This document shows positions 14,201-28,244 of a stretch of 64,000 bases of DNA, piece by piece. Below the pieces are notes generated by a model. It was not told the origin of the DNA. It did not search any database and saw nothing but the letters and a program-made list of their open reading frames with translations. Source of the DNA: Eledone cirrhosa (lineage: Eukaryota); the NCBI GenBank assembly GCA_964016885.1, contig OZ024741.1, positions 38,192,001 to 38,256,000 on the forward strand, given 5' to 3'. The position numbers were made by a program, and so were the translations under genes. The stretch's first letter is position 1, and each line of letters starts with the position of its first letter.

Positions 14201-14638
14201 TACACACACACACACACACGTACACCTACACACACCACCTTCAGCCCTCCCCGCTCGGACACCCCGTCTCCCTCTCCCCACTCCACCCGCCACCACCCCT
14301 ACACACCTCACACCCTTCCACCACCTGTTTTACCCCACTTTTAATTTCAGTTTATTTTGATCATGCCTTTATATTTAATTTTATTTCATTCCTTGTATTT
14401 TGATCATGCTTTATTTTTATTTTTATTTTTAATTTCATTCGCACCGTTTCCTTTCGCTATATGTCTCTCCACCACTCCCCTACACACCCTTTGAACTCTG
14501 TTCCCACACACTTCTCACCTGAGGAAGGGCTTATGCCCGAAACGTCGTTCCCCACCACCACCCCACTCTCCAGAGCGTGAAATTAATAAACATTCGTTGT
14601 ACTGCCTCTCTGTTTTGTTCCTGTTCAAATTTTTCCAT
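11236..14638 (+). mobile_element. Neptune-type Penelope-like element, 5'-truncated, C-rich, with RT and GIY-YIG pseudogene, long 3' UTR and pLTR
   Basis: IVIKPADKGGAVVVW, LPKLHKPDNPGRPIV, DIKSLYT, GVAMGT, RYIDD, linker CSRPRCNTC, NLVY..YVGQTGRRLADRFTEH. Frameshifts present. (TA)n at both ends. Confidence 0.92.
14515..14552 (+). ncRNA. Minimal type I hammerhead ribozyme in the PLE pLTR
   Basis: CTGAGGA-agggc-ttat-gccc-GAAA-cg-TC. Related copies on the minus strand at ~24333-24360 and 57640-57667. Confidence 0.85.
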
Positions 14639-14656
14639 TATATATATATATATATA

Positions 14657-15273
14657 TAAAATACAATATGTTGAAAAGGTAACGCACTAGAGAGAGATAG
14701 TGCGCCATCAATAAAACAGGTAAAACCACCAGTGTATGGAATCTATAATCTATGGAAGGCAGGGTAGACACGATAATTAAACATATAAATTAAAATATAT
14801 ATACGCACCTCTATAACTATATAACACACGAATACAAATCCAAAGAGATCTGTTTCGCCAGTAAGTTGTTGACTGAAATGGAATAGCCCACGGTTCATCA
14901 GCGCATTTCAGACAACTCTAAGATGAGAATCTAAAGCGACCGCTCAGCTACACGCGGCAGAGAGATGTCACAGCGTGTTTAGGGCAGTGAACCAGTGGTA
15001 TCTGAGGGACTATCTGCTAGAAAGGGCAGCTCAAAAACCACTCAAAGAAGTGTGCTCAACCAAACAGAGGGAGAGGAAAGACTGTTATAAGGAGCGAAAT
15101 ATCACGATAAATTAACAGAGCCATAGACTCTCGTTAATCCGTGTCAATAATGTGCTCATAGTGTGTTACCTTTTCAACATATTGTATTTTAAAGAGCTCA
15201 GGATTCCTTTTCCTTTGAGCACATTATTGACAGGGGTTAACGAGAGTCTATGGTTCCGTTAATTTATCGTGAT
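14657..15273. mobile_element. Rearranged PLE terminus with nested inverted repeats and a hammerhead-like motif (minus strand, ~14845-14905)
   Basis: 14657-14690 is inverted at ~15158-15192 and 15099-15157 at ~15216-15275. Minus strand reads CTGATGA-accgtggg..cttactggc-GAAA-cagatct. Confidence 0.55.
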
Positions 15274-15334
15274 ATATATATTGAGTACTCTGGTGCGTTA
15301 TGGTCCATCTGGTTCCTTACTAACATTTCCTGTG

Positions 15335-15437
<103 letters not shown>

Positions 15438-15536
15438 ATCAATTTACACTAAAAAGAATACAAAGAATTCACAACTATGTCCACGTTCTGGCATTTTATT
15501 CTTGTGTTGTATAATTGGTCTAGTTACACAAGTATG

Positions 15537-15570
<34 letters not shown>

Positions 15571-15829
15571 TGTATGTATGTATGTATGTATGTATGTATG
15601 TATGTATGTATGTATGTATATATGTACGTACGTACGTATGTACGTATGTACGTACGTATGTATGTACGTATGTATGTATATATGTATGTATATATGTATG
15701 TATGTATGTATGTATGTACGTATGTATGTACGTATGTATGTGTGTATGTATGTATGTATGTATGTATGTATGTATGTATGTATGTATGTATGCATGTATG
15801 TATGTATGTATGTATGTAAATTTTTGGTA

Positions 15830-16122
15830 AATATCATCTTGGTTAAGAGAGTGGGACTGGCTTTGTGCAGTGCCTTTGCTCACTATAAAAGCTTCACGGC
15901 ACAGGCATTGCTTTATATCTGGAGATCTCTCTGCACTTGTCGTCACAGGGTACCATGGGCCCAGCACTATGTGCCAATAATTGCCACAAGTATAGTGTTT
16001 GTACCAGTGTTTTCAAGTCGCTGGCTGGACTAAAAAGTCACACTCGTTCAGCGCATCGGTAGGGGTTCTCCTACATGGATATAAAGTAGTGGCCGTACTC
16101 GAAAACGAGTTGGCAGCCACCA
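15830..16122 (+). mobile_element. RTE-derived bipartite repeat ending in a C2H2-like C-terminus and (ATGT)n tail
   Basis: VCTSVFKSLAGLKSHTRSAHR* followed by ggccgtactcga..gcagccacc. Embedded in long (TATG)n arrays. Confidence 0.6.
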
Positions 16123-16505
16123 TGTATGTATGTACGTATATATGTATGTATGTATGTATATCTGTATGTATGTATGTATATATGTATATCTATGTATATA
16201 TGTATGTATGCATGTATAAATGTATATATGTATGTACGTATGTACGTATGTATGCATGCATGTACGTACGAATGTATGTATGCACGTATGTATGAATGTA
16301 TGTATGTATGCATGATTGTATGTATGTATATATGTATGTAGGTATGTACGTACGTACGTATGCATGTATGTACGTACATATGTATGAATACATGTATGTA
16401 AATACGTACGGATGCATGTATGCATATAGGTATATACGCATGTATGTATGTATCTATGTATGTATGTATGTATGTATGTATGTATGTATGTATGTATGCA
16501 CGAAC

Positions 16506-16536
<31 letters not shown>

Positions 16537-16876
16537 TGTATGTATGTATGTATGCATGTATGTATGTATGTATGTAATTCATGTTGTACCAGATGAGATG
16601 TGGATGTGATGACAGTTACCAATATCGAGATAAACCGCAATCTATCGTGATTGTAAATCCAGTGTCTTCACTATCCTATTCCGGGATTTTCATGACAGTC
16701 TCAAGTAATCTCATTTGGTACGAGACTGAAAATCAAGTGAGTACGGAGCTTAACTACTGCTCTTTCCACCATTTTCTCGTTATGTCACTATAGCTAGATA
16801 TTGAAACATAGTTCCACATAGTTGTGGTTGTTAGTGACGTTTATTGTGTTGCCTTGCTACTGATGTTTTTGCTAAA

Positions 16877-17081
16877 GGGCGGTCGATTGGCAGTATCGGG
16901 AGAGGGTCGAATGCTATGCTTTGATACATAGAGTTACAGCCCTTTATGTTCTGAGTTCAAATCCCGCCGAGGTTAACTTTGCCTTTTATCCTTACGGGGT
17001 CGATAAAATAAAGCACCAGTAACGTACTGGGATTGATTTAATCCAAATTACTGGTCTTGTGCCTATACTAGAAATCATTAT
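16877..17081 (+). mobile_element. Nin-domain tRNA SINE
   Basis: Same head, B-box and body as 5596-5773. Confidence 0.85.
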
Positions 17082-17094
17082 ATCTGTAAATTAA

Positions 17095-17340
17095 AGGTGG
17101 AAAACTGGGAGAGGGCACTTGCCTTGGTGGTCAGGGTCACTGTGGCCTTTTACTGGGCTTTCTCCACAAATGTCCCTCCGAAGTCTCCCCCTTATTGGGG
17201 AATTTTTTCATTGTTATTTTTTTGTTACATCCTCTGTTTTTGTTTTTTACACGCAGAAATGCCCATTTGTACCGTCCTGCACTGTCCTTAATGTCTACTT
17301 TATGTATACCTTTGTGGTTAATAAAGAAATCATTATTATT
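17095..17340 (+). mobile_element. Tx1 3' UTR fragment
   Basis: cccccttattgggg hairpin and aataaagaaatcattattatt terminus, like the Tx1 ends near 1043 and 54762. Confidence 0.6.
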
Positions 17341-17352
17341 GTGTTGTGTATA

Positions 17353-17578
17353 GGGCAGCGGATTGGCAGTATCGGTAGAGCGTCGGATAACATGCTTCGC
17401 GACATAGAGCTACGGGCCTTTACGTTCTGTGTTCAAATCCCGCCGAAATTAGCTTTGCTTTTCATCCTTACGGTGTCAATAAAATAAAACACCAGTAATA
17501 CACTGGGGTCGATTTAATCGACTTTCCCCTCCCCTTCAAATTGGTGGCCTTGTACCTAATGTAGAAATAATTATTATT
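17353..17578 (+). mobile_element. Nin-domain tRNA SINE
   Basis: Head, B-box gttcaaatcc, and tactggggtcgatttaatcgact segment. Confidence 0.85.
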
Positions 17579-17589
17579 GTGTTGTGTTC

Positions 17590-18045
17590 CTACTGATGTT
17601 GTTAGCTCTTCCAGAGCCTGTGGTTGACTGCACCATAGGCAGATGAGAAGTCGACACACACTACACCGGTCATCCCTTCCTCATAGCCGTCCTTGATGTA
17701 CTGGGTGAGGTTGAGTACTTGGTTAGTTGTCATGGATGAGGTGTTCGTTCACAAAATTCTGTTGAGGATGAGGCGTTCAAAGACCTTGTGTGTGTGATTC
17801 AAAAGTCAGATCGGTCTGAAGTTCTTAGGAGCGGATGGATCTTTCCTAGGTTTCAGCAGTGCTATAATGTGAGCTTTCTTCCAGATGTTGCAGAGCTTGT
17901 TTGTTGTTAAGCATCATTGTAGAGCTGTAGAAGCCACACCTTTGCCTTGTGACCGAAGTTCTTATGAAGAGAACCACCTGCGTGCAAACCCATCTAAAAC
18001 GCGGGTTTGTGCCTTCCACCTGCGAAACCGTGAGGCCAAGCACCA
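17590..18045. mobile_element. RTE-X-like RT fragments in both orientations
   Basis: Minus strand KAHIIALLKP.KDPSAPKNFRPI..KVFERLILNRI; plus strand NHLRANPSKTRVCAFHLRNREAK. Confidence 0.65.
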
Positions 18046-18046
18046 A

Positions 18047-19105
18047 GTAACTTCCATATTATGTTCAGGCATGCTATAAGATGGTAGTTTTCCACAGCAT
18101 TTCCCTTCTATCTTTTATCATAAGAGATGTCTTTCCCATTACCATCAAAGAGAGAACTGCAGCTCCCTGGACCCATTCATTCATGAACCTCCTTGCATCT
18201 CTTCAACCAAAATACATGGAGCCCATCTAGACCGGGAGCTTTCCAGTTTGATACCTTGACCACTGGAACCTTCACAGCAACTGTGGTTATAGTAATGTCT
18301 CTCTGTCTATTATCTTCTCAGAACTCTGTCTTGATGGTTTCTATCCACTCTGCATCTCTTCTGTGCTCCACAGTAATTCCCCATAGGATGATGAATCGCT
18401 TGCATTACAAAGACGGTTTATAGAATTGTTGAATGCCACTGAGGACAAAACCCTGAGGAATAGGAGAAGGGTATATAGGAGTATGATGAATGAAATTACA
18501 AATAAGATAAATGTTGTCATTCCAGACTTCTTGGTCTTGTTATCATTAAGAACAGCATCTTTCCCATTGTCTCCTTCCAAAGTGCAGAAGAATTGTTTTA
18601 GATTATTTTGGAACAACGTATTCGCCTTGAACTGCTAATTTCTATTCATATATTTTCTTATATTCTGGCTTTTCCACAAAATCCTCTGTTTAAAGTGTTC
18701 CATTACTGTATAGAATCCATTCTTCCGTATTCTATACTTCTTATCTCATCTTTCAATCTATTTTCTGCTTTTCCATTTTCCTCTAAATCATTGCTCAATT
18801 TTACTTAGATCTTGCCTTAACCTCATTATGTCATATTCAATACAACGTTTATACACCATGGTCATTTTGCCTTACTCTGCGTTGTTTTCGTTAGATGTAA
18901 TCTTACTTTAACACGTAGAGCAATAGCTTGAATAAGGTTCCTTGTTTGCGTTATAGCCTCTGTCTGGATATGTGGTATGACAACATTTATCTTATTTGTA
19001 ATTTCATTCATCATACTCCTATATACCTTCTCCTATTCCTCAGGGTTTTGTCTTCAGTGGCATTCAACAATTCTATAAACCGTCTTTGTAATGCAAGCGA
19101 TTCAC
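18047..19105 (-). mobile_element. R4/Dong-like LINE ORF N-terminal/RT fragment, decayed
   Basis: KQRI..IRKY..QFKANTLFQNNLKQFF, NWKAPGLDG and an RPI..WKLL-like segment across broken frames. Confidence 0.65.
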
Positions 19106-19139
19106 CATCGTATCCCCCCCTCCCCCAGCTTGTATAACC

Positions 19140-19444
19140 GCCACCACCACGATAGTAATAATCAGTAGCTGATTATTACTGGAATTCTATAAGAATCCAG
19201 CTTCTATAATTTTCAGCGGAAGCAGGGAGTGCGTGGTTCTGATGATCGCCAAACAGGGTGAAACAGGCTGTTAGCATCTCTCCCTTCTTTCGACGAGAAG
19301 AAGTAAGTGACATAGTCACTACTTTAAAACAGATAGCGTATGATCTTCAAAATGTTTTAAAATAAACATACAGTATATTGCCAAATATACTATTCTTACA
19401 TTCATGTATACATCGCTATTTCAGAGCACCAATCCTAATACCAA

Positions 19445-19445
<1 letters not shown>
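19140..19445 (+). mobile_element. PLE terminus (family P) with hammerhead at 19235-19275
   Basis: CTGATGA-tcgcc-aaaca-gggt-GAAA-caggctg-TT. Homologous to 39985-40267 and 57335-57462. Confidence 0.7.
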
Positions 19446-19480
<35 letters not shown>

Positions 19481-19487
19481 ATATATA

Positions 19488-19745
19488 GGAAAAAGTATGA
19501 CCCCGACAGCAGAGCTGAAGCCGTTTCGACGGCTATTTCTGGACTAAATTAGAATTTTTAGTCTGGTAAATAAAAATCATTTTTATTTACCAGACTAAAA
19601 ATTCTAATTTACTCCAGAAATAGCCGTCGAAACGGCTTCAGCTCTGCCTTCGGGGTCATACTTTTTCTATTACCCACTCTACTACCCTAAGTATTGAGTA
19701 CTCTGGTGCGTTATGGTCCATCTGGTTCCTTACCACAACTCCTTC

Positions 19746-19750
<5 letters not shown>
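19488..19750. mobile_element. Fold-back micro-Penelope insertion (family A)
   Basis: Near-perfect palindrome 19488-19667 plus tail. Carries the 3' half of a hammerhead (GAAA-cggc..gagct..gccg-TC in family consensus). Relatives at 15281, 21458, 38350, 55954, 56200, 60080 and 61438. Confidence 0.8.
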
Positions 19751-19791
<41 letters not shown>

Positions 19792-19815
19792 TATATAGAT
19801 ATATCTATCTATATA

Positions 19816-21416
19816 CAGTGCCCCGCAAAAGTTTACAACACATTAGGAAAAATGCGGTTTTAGGTAATTTTAATAAAGTTAGGGTAATGAAAATTTAACT
19901 ACCGATAGAACATATAATGAGGCATTTAATGATACAATCATAGTTTAAAAAAAATAACAAGGAAATAACTCATGAAGAAAAATCAATATTTTTATAACGC
20001 AAAAGTTTACAACACATTTATTAAATCATCTCTTAATATTTCGTAGCGTAACCTTTGTTGCTAATTAGAGCCTGTAGGGCGTTTGGAGTAGCCTCCTACA
20101 AACTTCTTGCATGTTTCTTGGCTAATATTTATCCATTCTTCACAACAAATTTTCTTTAGTTCAGGGGTATTTTGGGGTTTCCTTTTTTTAATTCTCTCCA
20201 CAAATTTTCGATCTGGTTAAGATCTGGAGACTGACATGGTCATTTTAGAACATTTATTCCATTCGTACTTAACCAAGATTGTGTTAGCTTTGCAGTATGC
20301 TTTGGATTGTTATCTTGTTGAAAAAACCAACCTGGCTTTAAGCTGAGAGAATGTGCACTTTGATGTAAATTCCTTTGGAAAATACCTCTATAATAAGTGC
20401 CACCCATTCTTCCTTCTATTATTTCAATATTTCCTACTCCTGTGGCACTAAAGCAACCCCAGACCATGATTGATCCACCTCCAAATTTTACAATTGGAAT
20501 AGTATTCTTCAGCGAATATTCAGTACCTTTCTTTCTCCAGACTTTTGCCACAGCATTTCGACCAAAATGTTCAATTTTTGTTTCGTCCGACTAAAGTACA
20601 TCTTCCCAAAATGACGCAGATTTGATGAGATGCCCATTTGCAAAGTTTAATCGACGAAGAACGTGTTTCCTCGTAAGAAGTGGTGTTTTCCTTGGAGACC
20701 TCGAGAAGATATTATATCGATGAAGTGAACGACTAATTGTATCTGTGCTCACTTTTACTCCACTTTCTTCTAGGTCATCCTGAAGATTTTTAAGAGTACA
20801 CCGGGGTTCGTTGCCAACCTTTCTCATCAATAACCGAGCTGCACGTTCCGTTATCTTTCTAGGACAACCAGAACTAATTAGAGGACAGATGGAATGATGA
20901 GATATCCAGTGACGAATTATTGTACCAACTGAACTCAATGGCACATTTAACTGACAAGATATCTTTCTATAACCTACACTAATTGTATGAAGGTCTACAA
21001 TGCGTTTACAGAGGTCTTGATCAATCAGTTTATTTTTCCCCATATTGTCCATGTTTACAGGACGGTTATCAATGTTTACAGGATGGTTGTCAGACAAATA
21101 ATGATGTAATGTTTTTAATAGTCCTTAGAAGTTACCTTAAACCTAATCTAGAACATTCTACTGAATTTTAAATCTGAAAATTTAAGAATTTTCTTGAAAA
21201 AAAGCGATAAATATAAAATGTGTTGTAAACTTTTGCGTTATAAAAATATTGATTTTTCTTCATGTGTTATTTCCATGTTATTTAAAAAAAAAAATGATTG
21301 TATCATTAAATGCCTCATTATATGTTCTATCAGTAGTTAAATTTTCATTACCCTAACTTTATTAAAAATACCTAAAACTGCATTTTTCCTAATGTGTTGT
21401 AAACTTTTGCGGGGCA

Positions 21417-21419
<3 letters not shown>
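19816..21419 (-). mobile_element. Full-length Tc1-family DNA transposon with ~205 bp IR/DR-type TIRs and TA target duplication
   Basis: TA|CAGTGCCCCGCAAAAG...CTTTTGCGGGGCACTG|TA. The direct repeat cgcaaaagtttacaacacatt occurs at both ends of each TIR. Confidence 0.95.
20033..21043 (-). pseudogene. Tc1 DD34E transposase pseudogene
   Basis: MGKNK..SGCPRK..VL*SDETK..GGGSIMVWGCF..QQDNNPKH..*PCQSPDLNQIENLW..KGYATKY. 34 residues between D and E. Two Trp-to-stop changes and a late frameshift. Confidence 0.93.
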
Positions 21420-21458
<39 letters not shown>

Positions 21459-21724
21459 GAGTGAGGAATCCGACAGCTGGGCTCTCACCGTTTTTACAAC
21501 CAGTTCCAGTCCAGATAGTTTTGGTATCTCATTTCTATGACTTTATTCTGAGCTATTTGTATATATTAACATATTTTCCATCCCTCTATAGTTAATCATC
21601 GTCTACTCCTCTATATGTGTTTGCGTTAAATGTAAAATATATAAATAAATAAATACACAACTTAGAAAATAAGAATTTTTAGACAGATCTAGCATCAAGT
21701 GATTGTCACGTGATGCTACCTTCT

Positions 21725-21908
21725 AGCAGTATCGGTAGTGAGTCGGACGTCATGATTGCAGCATAGAGTTACGTCCCTTTTCGGTCTGAGTTCAAATTCC
21801 GCCGAGGTTAACTTTGCCTTTCATCCTTATGGTGTCGATAAAATAAAGTACCAGTAATGTACTGGGATAATTGCTGGCATTGTGCCAAAAGCAGAAACAA
21901 TTATTATG
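21725..21908 (+). mobile_element. Nin-domain tRNA SINE
   Basis: Matches the family consensus by eye. A more diverged copy lies at ~22370-22490. Confidence 0.8.
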
Positions 21909-22541
21909 ATAGGGTTCATGCATGTGGTTTGTTAACTTTAATTGCTGAGCAGAAACAACGGTTGGTAAAATGGCACCCTTATTTCTATTTCTTTTACAAC
22001 ACAGATCAATTTTATTCCTTGTTATAAAATAAGATTACAGACAATAAATCAATTCACAGTTGTATAAATAACATTACAAATATTGAAAAGGAAAAGAAAA
22101 AAAAGGGGATACAAACAAAACCAAGCAACGAACAGAGGAGGGAAGGGTTAAATAAGGGCGGATCTGACTGTATAGGAAAGTAGGAGAAAGGGCTATAAAT
22201 GACATAAATGAGGGGGAAAGGAGGGAAAAAGCAAGGACTATGAGGCAATGAAGGAAAGTATGGTAGAATAGGAGAGGGTGGTGGGCTTTATGCCTGGGTG
22301 ATTTGGCTGCGGGCCCCGGACAAAACTGCAAAGGTATTTCCGTGGACAATGATGATTATATGAGGATATTAGATTGGTAGAATCTTTCGAACATGGGACA
22401 TTGTGTTTTGCCGTATTTAGTCACGGCCCCGTATGTTCTGATTTCAATCACTAATAAGGTCAACTTTGCCTTTCATACTTTAGGGGGTTGATACACATAC
22501 ACACGCACACACACTCACACACACATTCTCTCTCTCTCTCT

Positions 22542-22581
<40 letters not shown>

Positions 22582-22584
<3 letters not shown>

Positions 22585-22684
22585 GGTGTCCCCCCCCCCC
22601 TAAAATGAATACACATTTTGATTACCTACAAAGGCAATATTTATTAGAATGCTGTTGAAGTGTATATACACTTTTTGGGACACC

Positions 22685-22687
<3 letters not shown>
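22582..22687. mobile_element. Tc1/mariner-type MITE (relatives at ~47743-47849 and ~55778-55852)
   Basis: TA|CAGGGTGTCCC...GGGACACCCTG|TA, with shared internal attagaatgctgttgaa. Confidence 0.8.
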
Positions 22688-22764
<77 letters not shown>

Positions 22765-23007
22765 ACGTCGTCCTCCACCTACCCCCCACTCTCCTGAGCG
22801 TGAAGCTAATAAACATTTGTCGTACTGCCTCTCTGTTCTGTCCCTGTTCAATTTTTTATTATATATATATATATATATATACATATGTGAGTGTGCGCAG
22901 GCGTTCAATATATCATCATTGTACTATATTATTCACTTGTGTTGTTGACTTCACACACACATGCAGTCACACATGTACATATACATACACACACACACAC
23001 ACACATA

Positions 23008-23403
23008 TAAATAGTATAGTGCAGGTGATTTACTTATATCCATATGAGAACTATATGTAAAAGCAGAGTGAGTATATTAAGAAAAAGTGATGAAGTTTCG
23101 TTTACATGTTTTTATTGATTATCGACCATTACGCATGTTTCACAGATGATTAGCTCTAGATCTCCTACTGACACTATGCTATGGACTCGACCCCAGCATC
23201 AATCTGCTTTGCAGAGTTAGTGATTCAACAAGCTCTGAGTAACCAAACTTGAATAACCAAGTCTGACGAGCAGATCAATTGTGGAGTCGGGTCCATAGCA
23301 TTGGTAGCGGACCTTGGGCCAATCATTTCTAAAACGAACGTAAAAGGTCAATAATCAATAACACCTAAAGATATGTAGTCAAAACTTCAGTACATCTTCT
23401 TCA
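23008..23403. mobile_element. Old fold-back micro-Penelope insertion (family I)
   Basis: Diverged arms ~23085-23215 / 23262-23403. CTGACGA-gcagat..atttct-AAAA-cgaacg-TA. Degenerate tail hairpin at 23035-23070. Confidence 0.6.
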
Positions 23404-23486
<83 letters not shown>

Positions 23487-24082
23487 TATTAAGGCTAAGA
23501 CAATACGTAATGGGCGGTAATATAAAGGCAACGAAAAAATATATTTAGGTAATGATTAGATATTCCTAAGTCTGTAAAGTATTAAGGGAGGAGTTATTGA
23601 CGTTTCAGATAAAGCCTTTCTTCGTTCGGATGGGAATAAGGAAAAGAGAAAGTAATGAGAGATGAAGAGAATTTAGGAAGGATGACATAAATAAAGAATA
23701 AAAGAGACAGGGGTGGGGGTGGGGGGGGGGGGGGGGGGGTTGAATAAAATGCGAAGGAATGTTAAATTCAAGGAAAGGAAGGAGTGTTTTTGTGTCCAGG
23801 TCAGTGACTGCAACAAGAGGCTTGTCACCAGGCAGTATTTAAACAAGGTTAAAACGCACACAATATTTACATCTGATAGAAACTCACATGTTCTTACTTG
23901 CAAATGCACACAATGATATTAAATACAAGATAAAAATGATATTATAAACAATAGAAATGAAATATAAATAGAGATAATAAGTGTTAAGACAATATATATA
24001 TTTATATATTTGTGTGTGTGTGTGCTTGTATGTGTATAGATGTATAGATGTAGATATGTATATACATGTATGTATGTATATA

Positions 24083-24114
<32 letters not shown>

Positions 24115-24247
24115 CATACATACGTACATACATATATATTTATATATATATATGTGTGTGTATGGGTGTGTGTATACTATATATATATATATATACATAT
24201 ATCGTACACACACACATATATATATATATAGAGAGAGATAGATAGAT

Positions 24248-24997
24248 AGTGAAAACTGGGACGGGAACAAAAACAGAAAGGCAGTACAAACAAAGGGTTA
24301 TTAATTTCACGCTCTTGAGAGTGGGGGGGGGGGACGTTTCGGGAATAAGCCCTTCTTCAGGAGAAAAGTGGGTGTTAAGAAAGTTCCGAGGGTGTGTGGG
24401 GGAGTGGTTGAGAAACATTTAGAAAAAGGGGGAGGGGGAGAAAAGGGAGGAAAACAGTGGAAGAGGTACAAATACAAATAAACATAAAGATAAATAAGTG
24501 GTGGAAGGGTGTGGGGCGTGTGTGGGGGTGGGGGGGAGGCGGGGGGTCCGAGCGGGGAGGGCTGAAGGTGGTGTTTGTGTATGTGCGTAGGTGTACGTGT
24601 GTGTGTATGTGAATGTGAGAGTTGGGGGAAGAACGAGGTTCCATGTTCAGGAAAAGGTGTGTATGTGTGGGTGGGGTGTAGGTCGGTGTGTGCGTGCGTG
24701 TGGATGGGGAGGGGTCAGAGGGGTGGGGTAGGGGTGGGGGAGGATTCTGGAGGCTGAGTATGTATATGTGGGGGTACGCACGTGTGTGTTGGTCTTTATA
24801 CGTGGTGTGGATGTAGGTAGCTTCCTTCGAAAAAAAATTGTGAGTGTATGTCCGTGGGTAAGTTCCTAAGGTAGTTCCGTGGAGTGTGCGATGAGTTGCT
24901 GGATATTTTTCATGTTATGGAGTGGATAGCTGGAACGATGACCGGTGGTGTGTAATCCGTTGGTTGTGGTGGTCGGAAGTGGGGAGATGTGGGGTAT

Positions 24998-24998
<1 letters not shown>
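24248..24998 (-). mobile_element. 3' UTR/pLTR-only copy of the C-rich Neptune element
   Basis: Reverse complement aligns with ~13820-14638, including hammerhead CTGAAGA-agggcttattccc-GAAACGTC. Shorter tail copies at ~5840-5920, 22765-22860, 57545-57725 and 63545-63665. Confidence 0.85.
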
Positions 24999-25037
<39 letters not shown>

Positions 25038-25060
25038 ATAATAATAAATTTGAAGACTAA

Positions 25061-25238
<178 letters not shown>

Positions 25239-25536
25239 AGTACATATATACATGTATCGGTGTACCATATCTCATTGATGAGATATGTCAGCTTTGTTCC
25301 GGCTCCTGCGACATGAGTTCATATGCTGCTGACAAATTAGTCCTGCATTCTTTCAGGATCAATAAAACAAAGTACTGGTGTTTTTAATAATACAGGTGTT
25401 GGTGTCTCTTAAAATTCTTCTTCTAGCTAGTCCTATCTCTGTCGTTGCAGGATTTATTAATCTACAGGTAGGCCGTTTAATGAAATCAGGTTTGTGATTC
25501 TTCAGGGTTATGACGTTAATGAAGGCCTCGGGTTTC

Positions 25537-27209
<1,673 letters not shown>

Positions 27210-28199
27210 GTAAATTGAGTTCTATGACCTTATTTGGAGGTAGCTGAAGAACAAACCAATCAAATGGTGTTTTGCCATATGATGTTAAGACGAAATATAA
27301 CTCACTTTAGTTAAGGTCATGACCTTTTGAAAGGAATGGTTGAATCGTGTTAAAAATAGAATTACTATGAAGAACGTATGAAGAAAAGGGATTGTTGTAT
27401 TGATAGTGGAATGTAGATGGTGGAGTGAAGTTTAAAAAGGGATGTAAAAATTATATGTTGAGTTGTGTTGTATGGAGTTTTTAGATGAATATAAATAAAG
27501 AAATATAAAATATACGGAAATAACTAGGATAAATATAGATAGGTAAAGTAATGGTCATAACTAGGAAGGATAGTATATTAAAAGATGAAAATTATAAGAT
27601 AATAAAATACAATAATATAATAATATAATATTATGTAATATAATTGTTTCTACTTTTAGGCACAAGGCCAGCAATTACCCAGTGCATTACTGATACTTTA
27701 TTTTATCGACCCCGTAAGGATGAAAGGCAAATTCAACCTCGGCGGGATTTGAACTCAGATCGTAAAGGGACATAACTAATGTAATATAATATAGTCCAGT
27801 ATGGTACATTGTATATAGTATAGCGTATGATGCATCATAAAATATAAAATAGTAAATATTTTCAAGTCGGTCTATGTATAAGTAATCAATCCCAGATAAA
27901 TGCATGTTGACATATAGCCAAAACGCATAATTTTCTTAGATCACAAAAGTACATATACTCACATATATAGATAGAGGTATAGTTACATAGATACTCCCTT
28001 AAAAACATACATACGCATACATAGATATATACATATATATATACATACATACACGTACACATACATATACATATATATATATATACATACATACATATAC
28101 ATACATATATACATTTACAAACTCATATATATATACATTTACAAACTCATACATGTACATACACATACACACACATATACATACACACACACACACACG

Positions 28200-28244
<45 letters not shown>

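Noticed and set aside
20240-20593. In-frame TGA/TAG as selenocysteine or readthrough in the transposase
   Set aside because: Both replace conserved Trp codons, one is TAG, and a frameshift follows: ordinary decay.
23595-23630. Hammerhead-like ACGAAGA-aagg..tct-GAAACGTC (minus strand); a similar motif lacking one A of GAAA at ~46174-46204
   Set aside because: Probably decayed PLE pLTR ribozymes, but single copies with core defects cannot support a functional call.
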